Below, piece after piece: positions 19,062 to 28,828 of a stretch of DNA of 46,599 nt. The translations under genes were made by a program, and so were the position numbers. Under the pieces are notes generated by a model. That model did no database searches. It saw nothing but the letters and a program-made list of their open reading frames with translations, and was not told where the DNA came from. Origin of the DNA: Nitrospirota bacterium (GTDB taxonomy: Bacteria > Nitrospirota > Nitrospiria > Nitrospirales > Nitrospiraceae). The stretch spans positions 1 through 46,599 of the forward strand of contig CAVPGK010000019.1 of assembly GCA_963703955.1 (NCBI GenBank), read 5' to 3'. Numbering within the stretch: position 1 is the stretch's first letter; each line of letters begins with the position of its first letter.

Positions 19062-19859
19062 TCAATCGGGAAGGACGGCAATAATTCGGACCGGCCCGCC
19101 CGTTCCGCCTTTGATTTTCATCGGCAAGGCCCACGCGGTCGCGCCCGTTGGAGGCACGCGATCCAGAGCCGTGACGTTTTCCAACGCATAGACCTCGGCG
19201 CGGCTCAGCAGCCGGTGTGTGAGAAAATCTCGGGAAGGACCCGGGTCAATACTGGCGGTATCGATCCCGACCCCATGGATCGCGCGTCGAACGACCAAGA
19301 ATTCGGCCGCTTCCGGGGAGAGCCCGGGGAAATGGAGTGTGCGAGGGTCATCCGGCGTCGCCGTGCCCAAATAGCGGGTCTTGTTCGGCCACCGCTTGTC
19401 CCATCCTGACCAGAGAAAGACAAGCGCGCCATCGGGGATCCGGCCATGGCGTGACTCCCATGCTTCGATGTCTCGAACCGCCAGCACGTAATCGGGGTTG
19501 GTCTCGCATTGAGCTCGCATGTCGATCACGACGGCAGGACCCCTCAGTCGTTCGACCTGGATCTGGTCAATCGTGCGTCGATTCTGTGCGAAATGGATGG
19601 GCGCGTCCAGGTGCGTGCCGCCGTGTTCGGATGCTGAAAAATTGGCGGAGGCATACCAATACCCGGAAGGGGTGGTCCCCCAATCCGTGCGTTCCCATTG
19701 AAACGCTTTGTTCGTAGGCCAATAGATGGTGTCCTCCCCGAACGAATGAGTCATATCCACGAGGGTGTAAGGGCGCGGCGGTCCGCACGCGGAACTAAGC
19801 GAGAAGACCGCGACTCCGAACAAGCAAAGAACCGTTCTCGAGGGGATGCTGCACGTCAT
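19062..19859 (-). CDS. Cyclase family metal-dependent hydrolase, likely lipoprotein
   Basis: HGGTHLDAPIH, GIDTASID, PMKIKGGTGGPVR; LSSAC lipobox-like signal. Confidence 0.9.
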   Translation of the reverse strand: MTCSIPSRTVLCLFGVAVFSLSSACGPPRPYTLVDMTHSFGEDTIYWPTNKAFQWERTDWGTTPSGYWYASANFSASEHGGTHLDAPIHFAQNRRTIDQIQVERLRGPAVVIDMRAQCETNPDYVLAVRDIEAWESRHGRIPDGALVFLWSGWDKRWPNKTRYLGTATPDDPRTLHFPGLSPEAAEFLVVRRAIHGVGIDTASIDPGPSRDFLTHRLLSRAEVYALENVTALDRVPPTGATAWALPMKIKGGTGGPVRIIAVLPD

Positions 19860-19975
19860 GGGGTCTTGCTCCTAAGTCGGTTCGACCTTACCAGGTTCCT
19901 CACGGCGAAACAATTCTATTGATTTTGGGCAGCGGAAACCAGATAAGGTGGCGGGAGAAGCAGGGGGGGAGTGCG

Positions 19976-20533
19976 GTGCGATTTGTTGAAACCGAATTGA
20001 AGGGAGTCATTCTCATCGAACCCGATGTCTTTCAAGATCCGCGAGGGCTGTTTTTCGAAACGTATCATGCCAAGAAATACGCCCAGACGGGAATCCACGG
20101 CCCGTTCGTACAAGACAATTTTTCACGCTCCGTGCGGGACACCCTCCGAGGCCTTCATTATCAATTGAAGCACGGACAAGGGAAGCTCATGACTGTCGTC
20201 GAAGGCACTGTGTTCGATGTCGCGGTAGATATCCGACGCGGGTCGCCGACCTTCGGCCGGTGGGTCGGTATCGAGCTCTCAGCCGAAAATAAGCGGCAGC
20301 TCTATATTCCGCCCGGATTCGCGCATGGGTTCTGCGTCGTGAGCGGGATTGCAGGAGTGACCTACAAGTGCACGGACTTTTATATCCCTGAGGACGAGGG
20401 GGGGATTGTCTGGAATGACCCATCGATCGGCATCACGTGGCCGATCACCCAGCCCCTGTTGTCCGTCAAAGATCAGGCCTATCAACGCCTCTCCGACCTG
20501 CCGGCCGATCGGCTACCCACCTTCCGCGGCTAG
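19976..20533 (+). CDS. rfbC: dTDP-4-dehydrorhamnose 3,5-epimerase
   Basis: FVQDNFSRS, LRGLHYQ, DVAVDIRRGSPTFG, GFAHGF; GTG start. Confidence 0.96.
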   Translation: MRFVETELKGVILIEPDVFQDPRGLFFETYHAKKYAQTGIHGPFVQDNFSRSVRDTLRGLHYQLKHGQGKLMTVVEGTVFDVAVDIRRGSPTFGRWVGIELSAENKRQLYIPPGFAHGFCVVSGIAGVTYKCTDFYIPEDEGGIVWNDPSIGITWPITQPLLSVKDQAYQRLSDLPADRLPTFRG

Positions 20534-20640
20534 CCGCTGTTCAAAAATGAGATACGGAACGGGTGTCCCCGAAGGCGCGACCCGGCGCACCGACGCGCTC
20601 AGCTCATCGTTTGACCGGGCGAGGCCATATATGTTATGAA

Positions 20641-20655
20641 TAGGAACGATTCCTA
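20641..20655. promoter_or_regulatory. 7-1-7 inverted repeat, putative PerR/Fur-family operator
   Basis: TAGGAAC-G-ATTCCTA between TTGACC (20611) promoter element and the SD. Confidence 0.6.
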
Positions 20656-20667
20656 AGAAGGAATAAA

Positions 20668-21153
20668 ATGAAATTGGCGTCAGACGAGTTGCGCCGACGG
20701 TTTCACGAACGAGGGTTGAAGCTGACCCCGCAACGGGCGGCGATCTACCAGGCGTTGGCGGAGACGAGCAGCCACCCCACCGCGGAGGATCTGTACCGGC
20801 AGGTGACCCGGCTCCACCCGATGATTTCGCGGAACACGGTGTACTACACGCTCGGAGCGCTGCAGACCGCCGGGCTTGTTTGCGAGGTCAATTATTGGCA
20901 CGACGGTTCTCGGTTCGATGCCAATATGGAATTGCATCACCATTTGATCTGTCTGGGATGCCGGAAAATTCAGGACCTCACTGATTCCTCGCTGGATCAG
21001 TTGATGGTCTCGAAGCGGGAAACCGCCGGCTTTACCGTCTTGGGGCACCGTGTGGAGTTCCATGGCTATTGCGCGAACTGCCATGGTAAGTCCAAGCGCG
21101 CCCGCCCTCGTGCGTCTCGGAAGAACTCGCATCATTCATTACGTCCGTCATAA
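20668..21153 (+). CDS. Fur family repressor, PerR-like
   Basis: LTPQRAAIY, HPTAED, HHHLICLGC, HGYCANC; heads rubrerythrin operon. Confidence 0.92.
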   Translation: MKLASDELRRRFHERGLKLTPQRAAIYQALAETSSHPTAEDLYRQVTRLHPMISRNTVYYTLGALQTAGLVCEVNYWHDGSRFDANMELHHHLICLGCRKIQDLTDSSLDQLMVSKRETAGFTVLGHRVEFHGYCANCHGKSKRARPRASRKNSHHSLRPS

Positions 21154-21172
21154 AGTCATAAAGGAGGGAGCC

Positions 21173-21601
21173 ATGAGCAAGAGCCTGAAAGGAACCAAGA
21201 GTCACGACAATCTCAAGAACGCCTTCGCAGGAGAATCCCAGGCGAACCGGCGCTATCTGTATTTCGCCCGGCGAGCCGATATCGAGGGCTATCCGGATAT
21301 CGGCGGACTGTTCCGGGATACGTCTGAGGCCGAGACCGGTCACGCGTTCGGCCACCTGGACTTCCTCAAGGAAGTCGGAGACCCGGCGACAGGCGTGCCG
21401 ATCGGTAATACCGACGCGAATTTGAAGTCGGCGATCGAGGGGGAAACGTACGAATACACCCAGATGTATCCGGGGATGGCCAAAACGGCGCGCGATGAGG
21501 GATTCCAGGAGTTGGCCGAGTGGTTCGAGACCCTTGCCAAGGCTGAGCGCTCGCATGCCAACCGCTTTACCAAGGGACTCGATAGTCTCAAGCAGGGATA
21601 A
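21173..21601 (+). CDS. Short rubrerythrin without rubredoxin domain
   Basis: [29 protein letters not shown] diiron ligands; AAGGAGG SD. Confidence 0.95.
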   Translation: MSKSLKGTKSHDNLKNAFAGESQANRRYLYFARRADIEGYPDIGGLFRDTSEAETGHAFGHLDFLKEVGDPATGVPIGNTDANLKSAIEGETYEYTQMYPGMAKTARDEGFQELAEWFETLAKAERSHANRFTKGLDSLKQG

Positions 21602-21637
21602 GATCTCACAGGAGTAGGAACAGGGGATGGACATCGC

Positions 21638-22915
21638 GTGAAGGGCTTTGATCTCATCACGCCGGGGTGGGGCCGGCCTCAGGTCGAACAGGAGACACGC
21701 CGTGTCTACGATGTCTGTGATGGGTGCCGGCGCTGCTTCAACCTCTGTCCCTCGTTCAATACCCTGTTCGACCGTATTGATCAGTATGAGAGCGATGTCG
21801 CGAAGCTGACGTCCGAGGATCTCGAACGGGTCGCGAATGAGTGCTACTACTGTAAGCTGTGCTACAACCACTGCCCCTACACGCCGCCGCACCAATACGA
21901 AATCGACTTTCCGCGCCTGATGATCGCGTGGAAGAAGCAGATCGTTACGGAGAAAGGGGCGCGCTGGCGTGACCGGCTTCTCATTCAGACCGATCTGATC
22001 GGCAAGATTGGCAGCTTGGTTGCGCCGCTGGCCAATTGGGGCATGCGGGTCAAAGGGCTCCGCATCCTCCTCGAACGGATCGTGGGTGTTCATCGCCATC
22101 GCCAGGTGATGTCGTTCGCGTCTGAGCCCTTCCCGCAATGGTGGAACCGGCGAAGGCGGACGCGACCGGGTGGCACCAGTCGCGGGAGGGTAGCTCTCTT
22201 TGCGGGCTGCATGGTCAACTATCAAGCGACGGATGTCGGCAAAGCGACGGTTCAGGTGCTGGAAAAGAACGGCATCGAGGTGGTGCTGCCCACGCAGCGA
22301 TGTTGCGGGATGCCGTCCTTCGACCTGGGGGACACTGAGGCCATGATCAGTGCCGCCAAGGCTAACCTACAGTCGCTCAGGGTCTGGTTGGACCAAGGCT
22401 ATGACATCATCGCACCAGTGCCGAGTTGCAGTCTCATGCTCAAACGAGAGTATCCCTATCTATTGCCTGGTGAAGACGCCTTACGCCTCGCACAGCGGAC
22501 GTTCGATGTGTGCGAATATCTTATGCGCCTGAAAAAGGCCGGGGCCCTATCGACGGATTTCGTTCACAAGCCGGGGCGAATCGTGTATCAGATTCCCTGT
22601 CACTTGCGCGATCAGAACATCGGATTCAAATCCAAGGAGCTGATGGAATTGACGGGAGCCACGGTGGAAGTCGTGGAACGGTGTTCCGGCCACGACGGGA
22701 CTTGGGGGGCCAAAACGGAGTTTTTTAACCTGTCGATCGGGATTGCGGCGAAGACGATGCGAGAAATCCAGAAAGCGCCGGCCGACCGCATCGCCTCCGA
22801 TTGCCCGTTGGCGGCGCTTCAACTTGACCAGGCCGGTTCGACCGCGCATGCCGGTGGTCGGCAGACGGTCCATCCCATCCAAATCGTTCGAGACGCCTAC
22901 GGGTTGCCGGCATGA
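21638..22915 (+). CDS. Rubrerythrin-associated Fe-S oxidoreductase (4Fe-4S + CCG domains)
   Basis: [33 protein letters not shown]. Confidence 0.9.
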   Translation: MKGFDLITPGWGRPQVEQETRRVYDVCDGCRRCFNLCPSFNTLFDRIDQYESDVAKLTSEDLERVANECYYCKLCYNHCPYTPPHQYEIDFPRLMIAWKKQIVTEKGARWRDRLLIQTDLIGKIGSLVAPLANWGMRVKGLRILLERIVGVHRHRQVMSFASEPFPQWWNRRRRTRPGGTSRGRVALFAGCMVNYQATDVGKATVQVLEKNGIEVVLPTQRCCGMPSFDLGDTEAMISAAKANLQSLRVWLDQGYDIIAPVPSCSLMLKREYPYLLPGEDALRLAQRTFDVCEYLMRLKKAGALSTDFVHKPGRIVYQIPCHLRDQNIGFKSKELMELTGATVEVVERCSGHDGTWGAKTEFFNLSIGIAAKTMREIQKAPADRIASDCPLAALQLDQAGSTAHAGGRQTVHPIQIVRDAYGLPA

Positions 22916-23526
22916 AACCTCTGAGAAAAGCCGATCTCATTCCCTATGAGGAGTATGAACGGGCTCGCGACTCGTTTCGGCAGGAGATTATCCGGCTGAA
23001 ACAGCGTCGCCGTATTGCGGTCGGCGACCGAATCACGCTGGTGTTCGAGAATCGTCAGACGATCCAGTTTCAAATTCAAGAAATGATTCGCGTCGAGCGC
23101 ATCGTTGATCCGGTCAAGGTTCAGGATGAACTGGATGTTTACAATGCCCAGCTTCCCGCCGACGGTGAGTTGAGCGCCACCCTGTTTATCGAGATTACGG
23201 ACGGTGAGCGGATCAAACAGGACCTCGATGCGTTTCAAGGCATTGACCGCGGCAGCACCCTCGCGCTCACGGCCGGTCGGCACACGGTGTACGGCGAGTT
23301 CGAAGGAGGCCACAGCAAGGAGGACAAGATCAGCGCGGTGCATTTTGTAACATTCCGTCCTGCTCCCGATTTTGTGCAAGCGTTGAAAGAGACAGGGATT
23401 CGCAGCTCGATCGTCATCAACCATCCCGGGTATACGGTTGAGGCTGCCGTTCCCGAAGAAATGCGGCAAGAGTGGCTGGCCGACCTTGAACCTGTCGAGG
23501 TCGACAATGCGACGACTTTTTTCTGA
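22912..23526 (+). CDS. DUF3501 family protein
   Basis: FENRQTIQFQIQEMIRVE, ELSATLFIE, KISAVHFV; ATGA overlap with upstream gene. Confidence 0.88.
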   Translation: MKPLRKADLIPYEEYERARDSFRQEIIRLKQRRRIAVGDRITLVFENRQTIQFQIQEMIRVERIVDPVKVQDELDVYNAQLPADGELSATLFIEITDGERIKQDLDAFQGIDRGSTLALTAGRHTVYGEFEGGHSKEDKISAVHFVTFRPAPDFVQALKETGIRSSIVINHPGYTVEAAVPEEMRQEWLADLEPVEVDNATTFF

Positions 23527-23535
23527 GGAGCCGGA

Positions 23536-23564
23536 TTGACTCAGGTCGGATGCGGACTTATAGT
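23536..23564 (+). promoter_or_regulatory. sigma70-type promoter of erpA
   Basis: TTGACT-17 bp-TATAGT. Confidence 0.65.
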
Positions 23565-23615
23565 AAGAAGAGAGGTCAGTGAGCCAGGGAGCGAAGCAGA
23601 TCAAAGGAGGCTGGA

Positions 23616-23936
23616 ATGGTCACGATTACGGCGACGGCGGAAGAGAAGATCCGAGAACTGATGCAGGAAGAGAAGGAGACGGTGGGGCTGCGGATATACG
23701 TGCGGGGGGGCGGCTGCCACGGCTATCAATACGGGATGTCGTTCGAATCGAAGATGGAGGAGGACGACACGGTGATCGAAAAAGGGGACGTCAAGGTGAT
23801 CATGGATTCGCAGAGCGCGCCGTTGTTGAGCGGGGCGGAAGTGGACTATGTGGACAGCCTGCAAGGCTCGGGGTTTGCGATCAAGAATCCGCAAGCCAAG
23901 ACCACCTGCGGATGCGGGAGTTCGTTCAGCGCATAA
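23616..23936 (+). CDS. erpA: A-type Fe-S carrier, ErpA-like
   Basis: GGGCHGYQYG, TCGCGSSF. Confidence 0.88.
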   Translation: MVTITATAEEKIRELMQEEKETVGLRIYVRGGGCHGYQYGMSFESKMEEDDTVIEKGDVKVIMDSQSAPLLSGAEVDYVDSLQGSGFAIKNPQAKTTCGCGSSFSA

Positions 23937-23956
23937 CCCGGGACGAGGGTGTTACA

Positions 23957-24004
23957 AAGGGCTGTGGGCTCTCACGACTCGGTGAGAGAACCCCGGCCCT
24001 TTTT
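23957..24004 (+). terminator. Possible intrinsic terminator after erpA
   Basis: aaagggctgtgggctctcac...gtgagagaaccccggccc-ttttt. Confidence 0.55.
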
Positions 24005-24017
24005 CACTTCTGCTGCC

Positions 24018-24857
24018 ATGTCTACCGTCCAGTTGACTAAGAAGATCGAATTTTCCGCCTCGCATCGGTATCATAATGAGGCGTGGGACGTCCCCAAAAA
24101 CCGCGCCGTCTTCGGCGCATGCAATAACCCATCGGGTCATGGGCACAATTACCTGCTGGAGGTCACCGTTGAAGGCCATATCGCTGAGGAGAGTGGGATG
24201 GTCGTCAATCTGTACGACTTGAAGCAGGTGTTGAAACAGGTCCTGGAAGAATTCGACCACAAACACCTCAACCTTGACACCTCCTATTTCAAGACTATGA
24301 TACCTACGACCGAAAACATTGCCGGTGTGCTGTGGCGTATGTTGGCGACGCATTCGGAGATCGGACATCTGAAGAAGATCAAATTGTTTGAGGATGAGGA
24401 TCTCTACGCGGAGGTAACCGCGGCGTCGTTTTCAGAGCGGAATGAATTGATGCAGGCCAGGCTGACCCGACGGTATCATTTTTCCGCCGCGCATCGTCTG
24501 GACGGGTTTCAGTTGCCTGGCGCAGACCGTGAGCCAGTGCTCGGCAAGTGTCAGAGCCCTCACCTGCATGGTCACAACTATGTCCTCCAGGTGACCATCG
24601 CCGGGGCCATCAGCCCGGAAACGGGCATGGTGACTGATCTATCGAAGTTGGATCGGACCGTGCACGATCAAGTGATCCGACGGTTCGACCATCGAAATCT
24701 GAATGAAGACCCCGGCTTGGTGGGAACCGTGACGACAGGCACAAACATCGCCCGATTCGTGTGGAATGTCCTGGTGAATTTGATACCCGGCGGTCGGTTG
24801 GAGCGGATCGGCCTTATCGAAACCGCAAATACGTCGTACGAGTATGCAGGAGCATAG
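24018..24857 (+). CDS. Tandem-domain PTPS/QueD family tetrahydropterin synthase
   Basis: Two units: FSASHR..C..GHGHNY..GMV..FDH and FSAAHR..C..LHGHNY..GMV..FDH. Confidence 0.9.
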   Translation: MSTVQLTKKIEFSASHRYHNEAWDVPKNRAVFGACNNPSGHGHNYLLEVTVEGHIAEESGMVVNLYDLKQVLKQVLEEFDHKHLNLDTSYFKTMIPTTENIAGVLWRMLATHSEIGHLKKIKLFEDEDLYAEVTAASFSERNELMQARLTRRYHFSAAHRLDGFQLPGADREPVLGKCQSPHLHGHNYVLQVTIAGAISPETGMVTDLSKLDRTVHDQVIRRFDHRNLNEDPGLVGTVTTGTNIARFVWNVLVNLIPGGRLERIGLIETANTSYEYAGA

Positions 24858-24891
24858 CCCGGATGGAGGTCAGACCGCGTTATGACCGGTG

Positions 24892-25227
24892 CTAGTGGTT
24901 GAGCAGATGGTCGTTGATCAAAGCCGCGAGTTCTTCCGCTTCGACTTTTCCTTCCCGCGTGAGTAGGAGTTTCCCCTTTGAAAAGAGATGGGTGGTGGGG
25001 TAGGTTTCGAACTGGTGTCCTTTCTTGATCCCGCGGCACCGGCCCGGCACGTGCATTTTGGCCTTGCCGACGCGGACCTTGGGAAATCGCGAGGCCGTTT
25101 CAGCCAGAATCGGATCGTACTCGTTACAGGGTTCACATGAGGCGATCCCGTAGGCGACGACCGAGGCCTGAGCCTGCATAAACTCTTCGTAATTGGCGTC
25201 GCTGACATCTTCAACGTGCCCGCTCAT
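24892..25227 (-). CDS. Thioredoxin-like protein (CEPC)
   Basis: CxxC, YPT cis-Pro motif, thioredoxin length. Confidence 0.85.
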   Translation of the reverse strand: MSGHVEDVSDANYEEFMQAQASVVAYGIASCEPCNEYDPILAETASRFPKVRVGKAKMHVPGRCRGIKKGHQFETYPTTHLFSKGKLLLTREGKVEAEELAALINDHLLNH

Positions 25228-25254
25228 TTACCCCTCATGGGTAGAGAACAAAAT

Positions 25255-25284
25255 GGGGAGCTTCCCTTCAAACGGAAGCTCCCC
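25255..25284 (-). terminator. Hairpin after peroxiredoxin
   Basis: ggggagcttcc-N8-ggaagctcccc followed by ATTTTGTT on minus strand. Confidence 0.65.
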
Positions 25285-25294
25285 GAACAGCCGC

Positions 25295-25768
25295 TTAGCC
25301 CAGCTTTTTCAGGGCGCCAAGAATTTCCTTGTCATCGCGGGCGGTCTTGATCTCCTGAACCTTCACGTATGCCACCTTCCCGTTCTTATCGACGATTACG
25401 GTGGCGCGCTTGGCACAGTTCAGTGGCTCAAAATACAGACCATAGGCCTTTGAGACTGTACGATGCATGTCGGCAAGCAGGCGGTGTTTGAGCTCCAGAG
25501 AGTCCGCCCACGCTTTGTGAGAGAAGAAGCTGTCCGCACTGATCCCAAAGACTTCGGCGTTCGACGATTGGAAGCTGGGGAAATCGTCGGTGAGGCACTT
25601 GTTTTCTCCCGTGCACACCGGACTCCAATCCAGAGGATAGAATGCCAGCACGACATTCTTTTTTCCCCGATACTCGCTCAGCTTGACGTCCTTTTGATCC
25701 TGATCCTTCAGCGTAAAATCGGGCGCCGTGTCTCCTACTTTCACTTCTGCTGCGACATCCGTTGCCAT
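25295..25768 (-). CDS. Peroxiredoxin (AhpC/TSA family, AhpE-like)
   Basis: [32 protein letters not shown]. Confidence 0.93.
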   Translation of the reverse strand: MATDVAAEVKVGDTAPDFTLKDQDQKDVKLSEYRGKKNVVLAFYPLDWSPVCTGENKCLTDDFPSFQSSNAEVFGISADSFFSHKAWADSLELKHRLLADMHRTVSKAYGLYFEPLNCAKRATVIVDKNGKVAYVKVQEIKTARDDKEILGALKKLG

Positions 25769-25906
25769 CGAATCCCCCTCGGTTAGAGATAACACAATTC
25801 TGCAGGCCAGTTTGGTAACACGGCATCTGAAAGTTTGTCAACGGGTCAAAAGGCCTAGAGGCCCAATACGGCTGGAAAACCCCGCGTCGCACCTTGTTCT
25901 GTTACG

Positions 25907-26689
25907 CTATGTGAAGAGCGACCAGGCGATCTCACGGAGGCCGAGCGGCGATTCATTGGGAAACGCGGTGCGGTGCCGGATAACCTGTATGGATAACCCG
26001 ATGCCGGGGAAGGAGAGAGTGAGGCCGACATTCGGCGAATGGCCGAGACGAAGGAGTTCGTCCGCGATGTCGGCAAGCCTTTCCATGATTTCGCGACTTG
26101 GCAGACCCACAGGTTGAAACGTTTCGATCTCATCGAGGCCGAACTTGCTAAGACCACGCGTGTAGAACCAATCGCGGTTTGGCTCTGCGACTTCGGATTG
26201 GACAACTATCACATGGTCCCCGGCGCGAAACAGATAGAGTGAGCGATCTTTCCAGTCCGCAGGGTTCAGATAAGCCTGGGTGGTGACGTCATAAGCGGTC
26301 CCTTGCGTCAAGAGCGTGAGGCCTCTCGCCAAGCGAGCCGCGTGTAGAATAGCATCGCTCGCTTGGCGTGGAATCAAAGGGGTCCCCATGATGGCGCCGG
26401 CCCGATCATGACGCCAGGCCAGCCGAGTTTTCCATGTCTCGGCTTCAAGCGAAGGCACAGACAGGTGCACCCATGCGCTCCATGGGCCGTGAGTCATGAG
26501 TATGGGTGAGTGATGGGAATTAACCCTACCAACATCCCACACTTCGTCCTTGGCCTTGATCGGCCCTCCGTATTCCAGGTCAAACCAACTTTGGAGGTCC
26601 GCAAGGCTGGGCGCGTCGGAGGAATAGCCGACCACGTAGAGTGGACGTCCAGAGCGAGGCGACTTGGGGAGCTTACGACGAATTTTCAT
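25907..26689 (-). CDS. Hypothetical protein
   Basis: 260-aa ORF with WFYTRGLSKFGLDEIE motif; co-oriented downstream of typA. Confidence 0.75.
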   Translation of the reverse strand: MKIRRKLPKSPRSGRPLYVVGYSSDAPSLADLQSWFDLEYGGPIKAKDEVWDVGRVNSHHSPILMTHGPWSAWVHLSVPSLEAETWKTRLAWRHDRAGAIMGTPLIPRQASDAILHAARLARGLTLLTQGTAYDVTTQAYLNPADWKDRSLYLFRAGDHVIVVQSEVAEPNRDWFYTRGLSKFGLDEIETFQPVGLPSREIMERLADIADELLRLGHSPNVGLTLSFPGIGLSIQVIRHRTAFPNESPLGLREIAWSLFT

Positions 26690-26746
26690 TCAAACGATGA
26701 ACTAGGTGTCATCGGCGAGCTCGACCAGAGGAGGCTGGTGGCAGGG

Positions 26747-28636
26747 TCACCCCCGGCGATCCTTGCGCGCCTTTCGGCGATCTTCGGGATTGAGCAGACG
26801 CTTCCGAATCCGCAAGCTGCCGGGCGTGACCTCAATCAATTCATCGGCGCCGATGTACTCCAACGTAAACTCGAGAGAGACCAGCCGGGGAGGCGTCAGC
26901 GTCAGCGCTTCATCCGATCCGGATGCACGCATGTTGGTGAGGTGCTTGGCCTTGCAGACATTGACGTCCAGATCCTCATCCCGGTTATTTTGTCCGACCA
27001 CCATGCCCTGATACACCTCCACGCCGGGTCCGACGAAGAGACTCCCTCGTTCCTGAATCATGTACAGCCCGTATGCGTTGCTGGTTCCGTCCTCGAAGGC
27101 CACCAAGGAGCCATGGGGTGTGGTCGTCGCCGTTCGTTCATCGACGGGTTCATAGCGCTGAAAGACGTGGTGCATGATAATCGTGCCTCGGGTCTTGGCA
27201 AGGAGGATGTTCTTGAGCCCGATGACTCCGCGCGTTGGAATGTAGAATTCCAGATGTGTGTCACTGGCGCTTCCCTCCGAATGCACGACCTTCATATGCC
27301 GCAATTCGCCCCGCCGCGGGCCGACTTCTTCAATCACCGCCCCCTGATATTCGGACGGCACCTCGATGGTGAGTTCTTCATACGGTTCGGAGACCACTCC
27401 GTCTTCCGTGTGGAGAATGACCTCTGGCTGGGAGACCTGCAGTTCATACCCTTCGCGACGCATCTGCTCGATCAACACGGCCAAGTGCAGCTCACCGCGA
27501 CCGGCCACGAGAAAACGGTCGGGGCTATCGGTTGGATGAACTCGAAGCGACACGTTTGTTTCCAGCTCCTTGAACAGCCGCTCCCGCAGATGGCGAGACG
27601 TGAGGTACTTCCCTTCCCGGCCGGCGAATGGGCTCGTGTTGACCCCGAAGGTCATCTGCACGGTTGGCTCATCAATCGCGACAGGCGGTAATGCAAGTGG
27701 CTCGTTGGGGTCTGCGATGGTTTCGCCGATCCCAACTTCCGGCAAGCCTGCCACCGCGACGATCTCCCCCGCTTCGGCCTTCTCCACCTCAAGACGCTCC
27801 AGGCCGGCAAACACAGAGAGGTCGGTGACTTTGCCGGCAACGTGAGAGCCGTCGCGCTTGATCAACACGACGTTTTGTCGTTTCGTGATCGACCCGGACT
27901 GAATCTTGCCGATCCCCATCTTCCCCTTGTACGAGTCGTACGCCAGCGCGAGCACGAGCATCTGCAGCGGTGCATCGGTATAGATCATCGGCGAGGGGAT
28001 CTGCGCCAAGATGGTGTCCAATAAAGGATGAATGTCCGTTCCAGGCTTGTTCAGGTCCAGGGTGGCGGTGCCTCGTATGGCGGAGGTATAGACGATGGGA
28101 AAATCCAACTGCTCGTTCGTGGCGCCCAGGTGCACGAAGAGATCGAAGGTCCGGTTCAGGACCTCATCCACGATAGCATCAGCCCGATCGATCTTGTTGA
28201 TCACCACAATGGCCCGATGGCCGAGAGCCAGCGCTTTCCGTAGGACGAAGAGGGTCTGCGGCATCGGGCCTTCTTTCGCATCCACGAGGAGGAGCACTCC
28301 ATCGACCATTCTCAGCGTGCGTTCCACTTCGCCTCCGAAATCGGCGTGCCCCGGCGTGTCCACAATGTTGATCTTCACCCCCTGGTAGGTGACGCTCGCA
28401 TTTTTGGCTCGGATGGTGATGCCCCGCTCACGCTCTTGGTCCATGGAATCCAGAATGCGCTCGCCCATGTCGTCAATCTTCCGATGCGCATGAGTCTGTC
28501 TGAGCACCGCATCCACCAAGGTGGTCTTGCCGTGGTCCACGTGGGCGATAATGGCGATATTTCGAATGTCCGTCCGGCTGCCGACCGGAAGGCGCCGGAA
28601 TGTATGGGGCGTTTCGGTAGTCGAGTGTGAAGTCAT
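26747..28636 (-). CDS. typA: Translational GTPase TypA/BipA
   Basis: [46 protein letters not shown]. Confidence 0.97.
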   Translation of the reverse strand: MTSHSTTETPHTFRRLPVGSRTDIRNIAIIAHVDHGKTTLVDAVLRQTHAHRKIDDMGERILDSMDQERERGITIRAKNASVTYQGVKINIVDTPGHADFGGEVERTLRMVDGVLLLVDAKEGPMPQTLFVLRKALALGHRAIVVINKIDRADAIVDEVLNRTFDLFVHLGATNEQLDFPIVYTSAIRGTATLDLNKPGTDIHPLLDTILAQIPSPMIYTDAPLQMLVLALAYDSYKGKMGIGKIQSGSITKRQNVVLIKRDGSHVAGKVTDLSVFAGLERLEVEKAEAGEIVAVAGLPEVGIGETIADPNEPLALPPVAIDEPTVQMTFGVNTSPFAGREGKYLTSRHLRERLFKELETNVSLRVHPTDSPDRFLVAGRGELHLAVLIEQMRREGYELQVSQPEVILHTEDGVVSEPYEELTIEVPSEYQGAVIEEVGPRRGELRHMKVVHSEGSASDTHLEFYIPTRGVIGLKNILLAKTRGTIIMHHVFQRYEPVDERTATTTPHGSLVAFEDGTSNAYGLYMIQERGSLFVGPGVEVYQGMVVGQNNRDEDLDVNVCKAKHLTNMRASGSDEALTLTPPRLVSLEFTLEYIGADELIEVTPGSLRIRKRLLNPEDRRKARKDRRG

Positions 28637-28654
28637 AGAGGGTTCCCTGGAGAC

Positions 28655-28681
28655 AAAAAAAGCGCCGGTCTTGCGCGGCGC
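28655..28681 (-). terminator. Terminator-like hairpin within typA leader
   Basis: GCGCCG-CGCAAGAC-CGGCGC-T7 downstream of TTGTAA-18-TATACT. Confidence 0.5.
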
Positions 28682-28828
28682 ATGGGAAAGTATAGCCGAC
28701 ACCGGGCGTAAATTACAAGGCGCGGCGACGGACGAGGAGGACGGCTTTTCCTTGAGTTTTGAGGGATGGCATTGTAAGGTATTTTGAGTGCCCTCCCCGG
28801 TAAAAATCCTCGCCGGAGTTCTTTCGAG

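Noticed and set aside
21032..27691. Long antisense ORFs such as 21032-22225, 22897-23604 and 26510-27691
   Set aside because: Shadow frames opposite well-supported genes in GC-rich DNA
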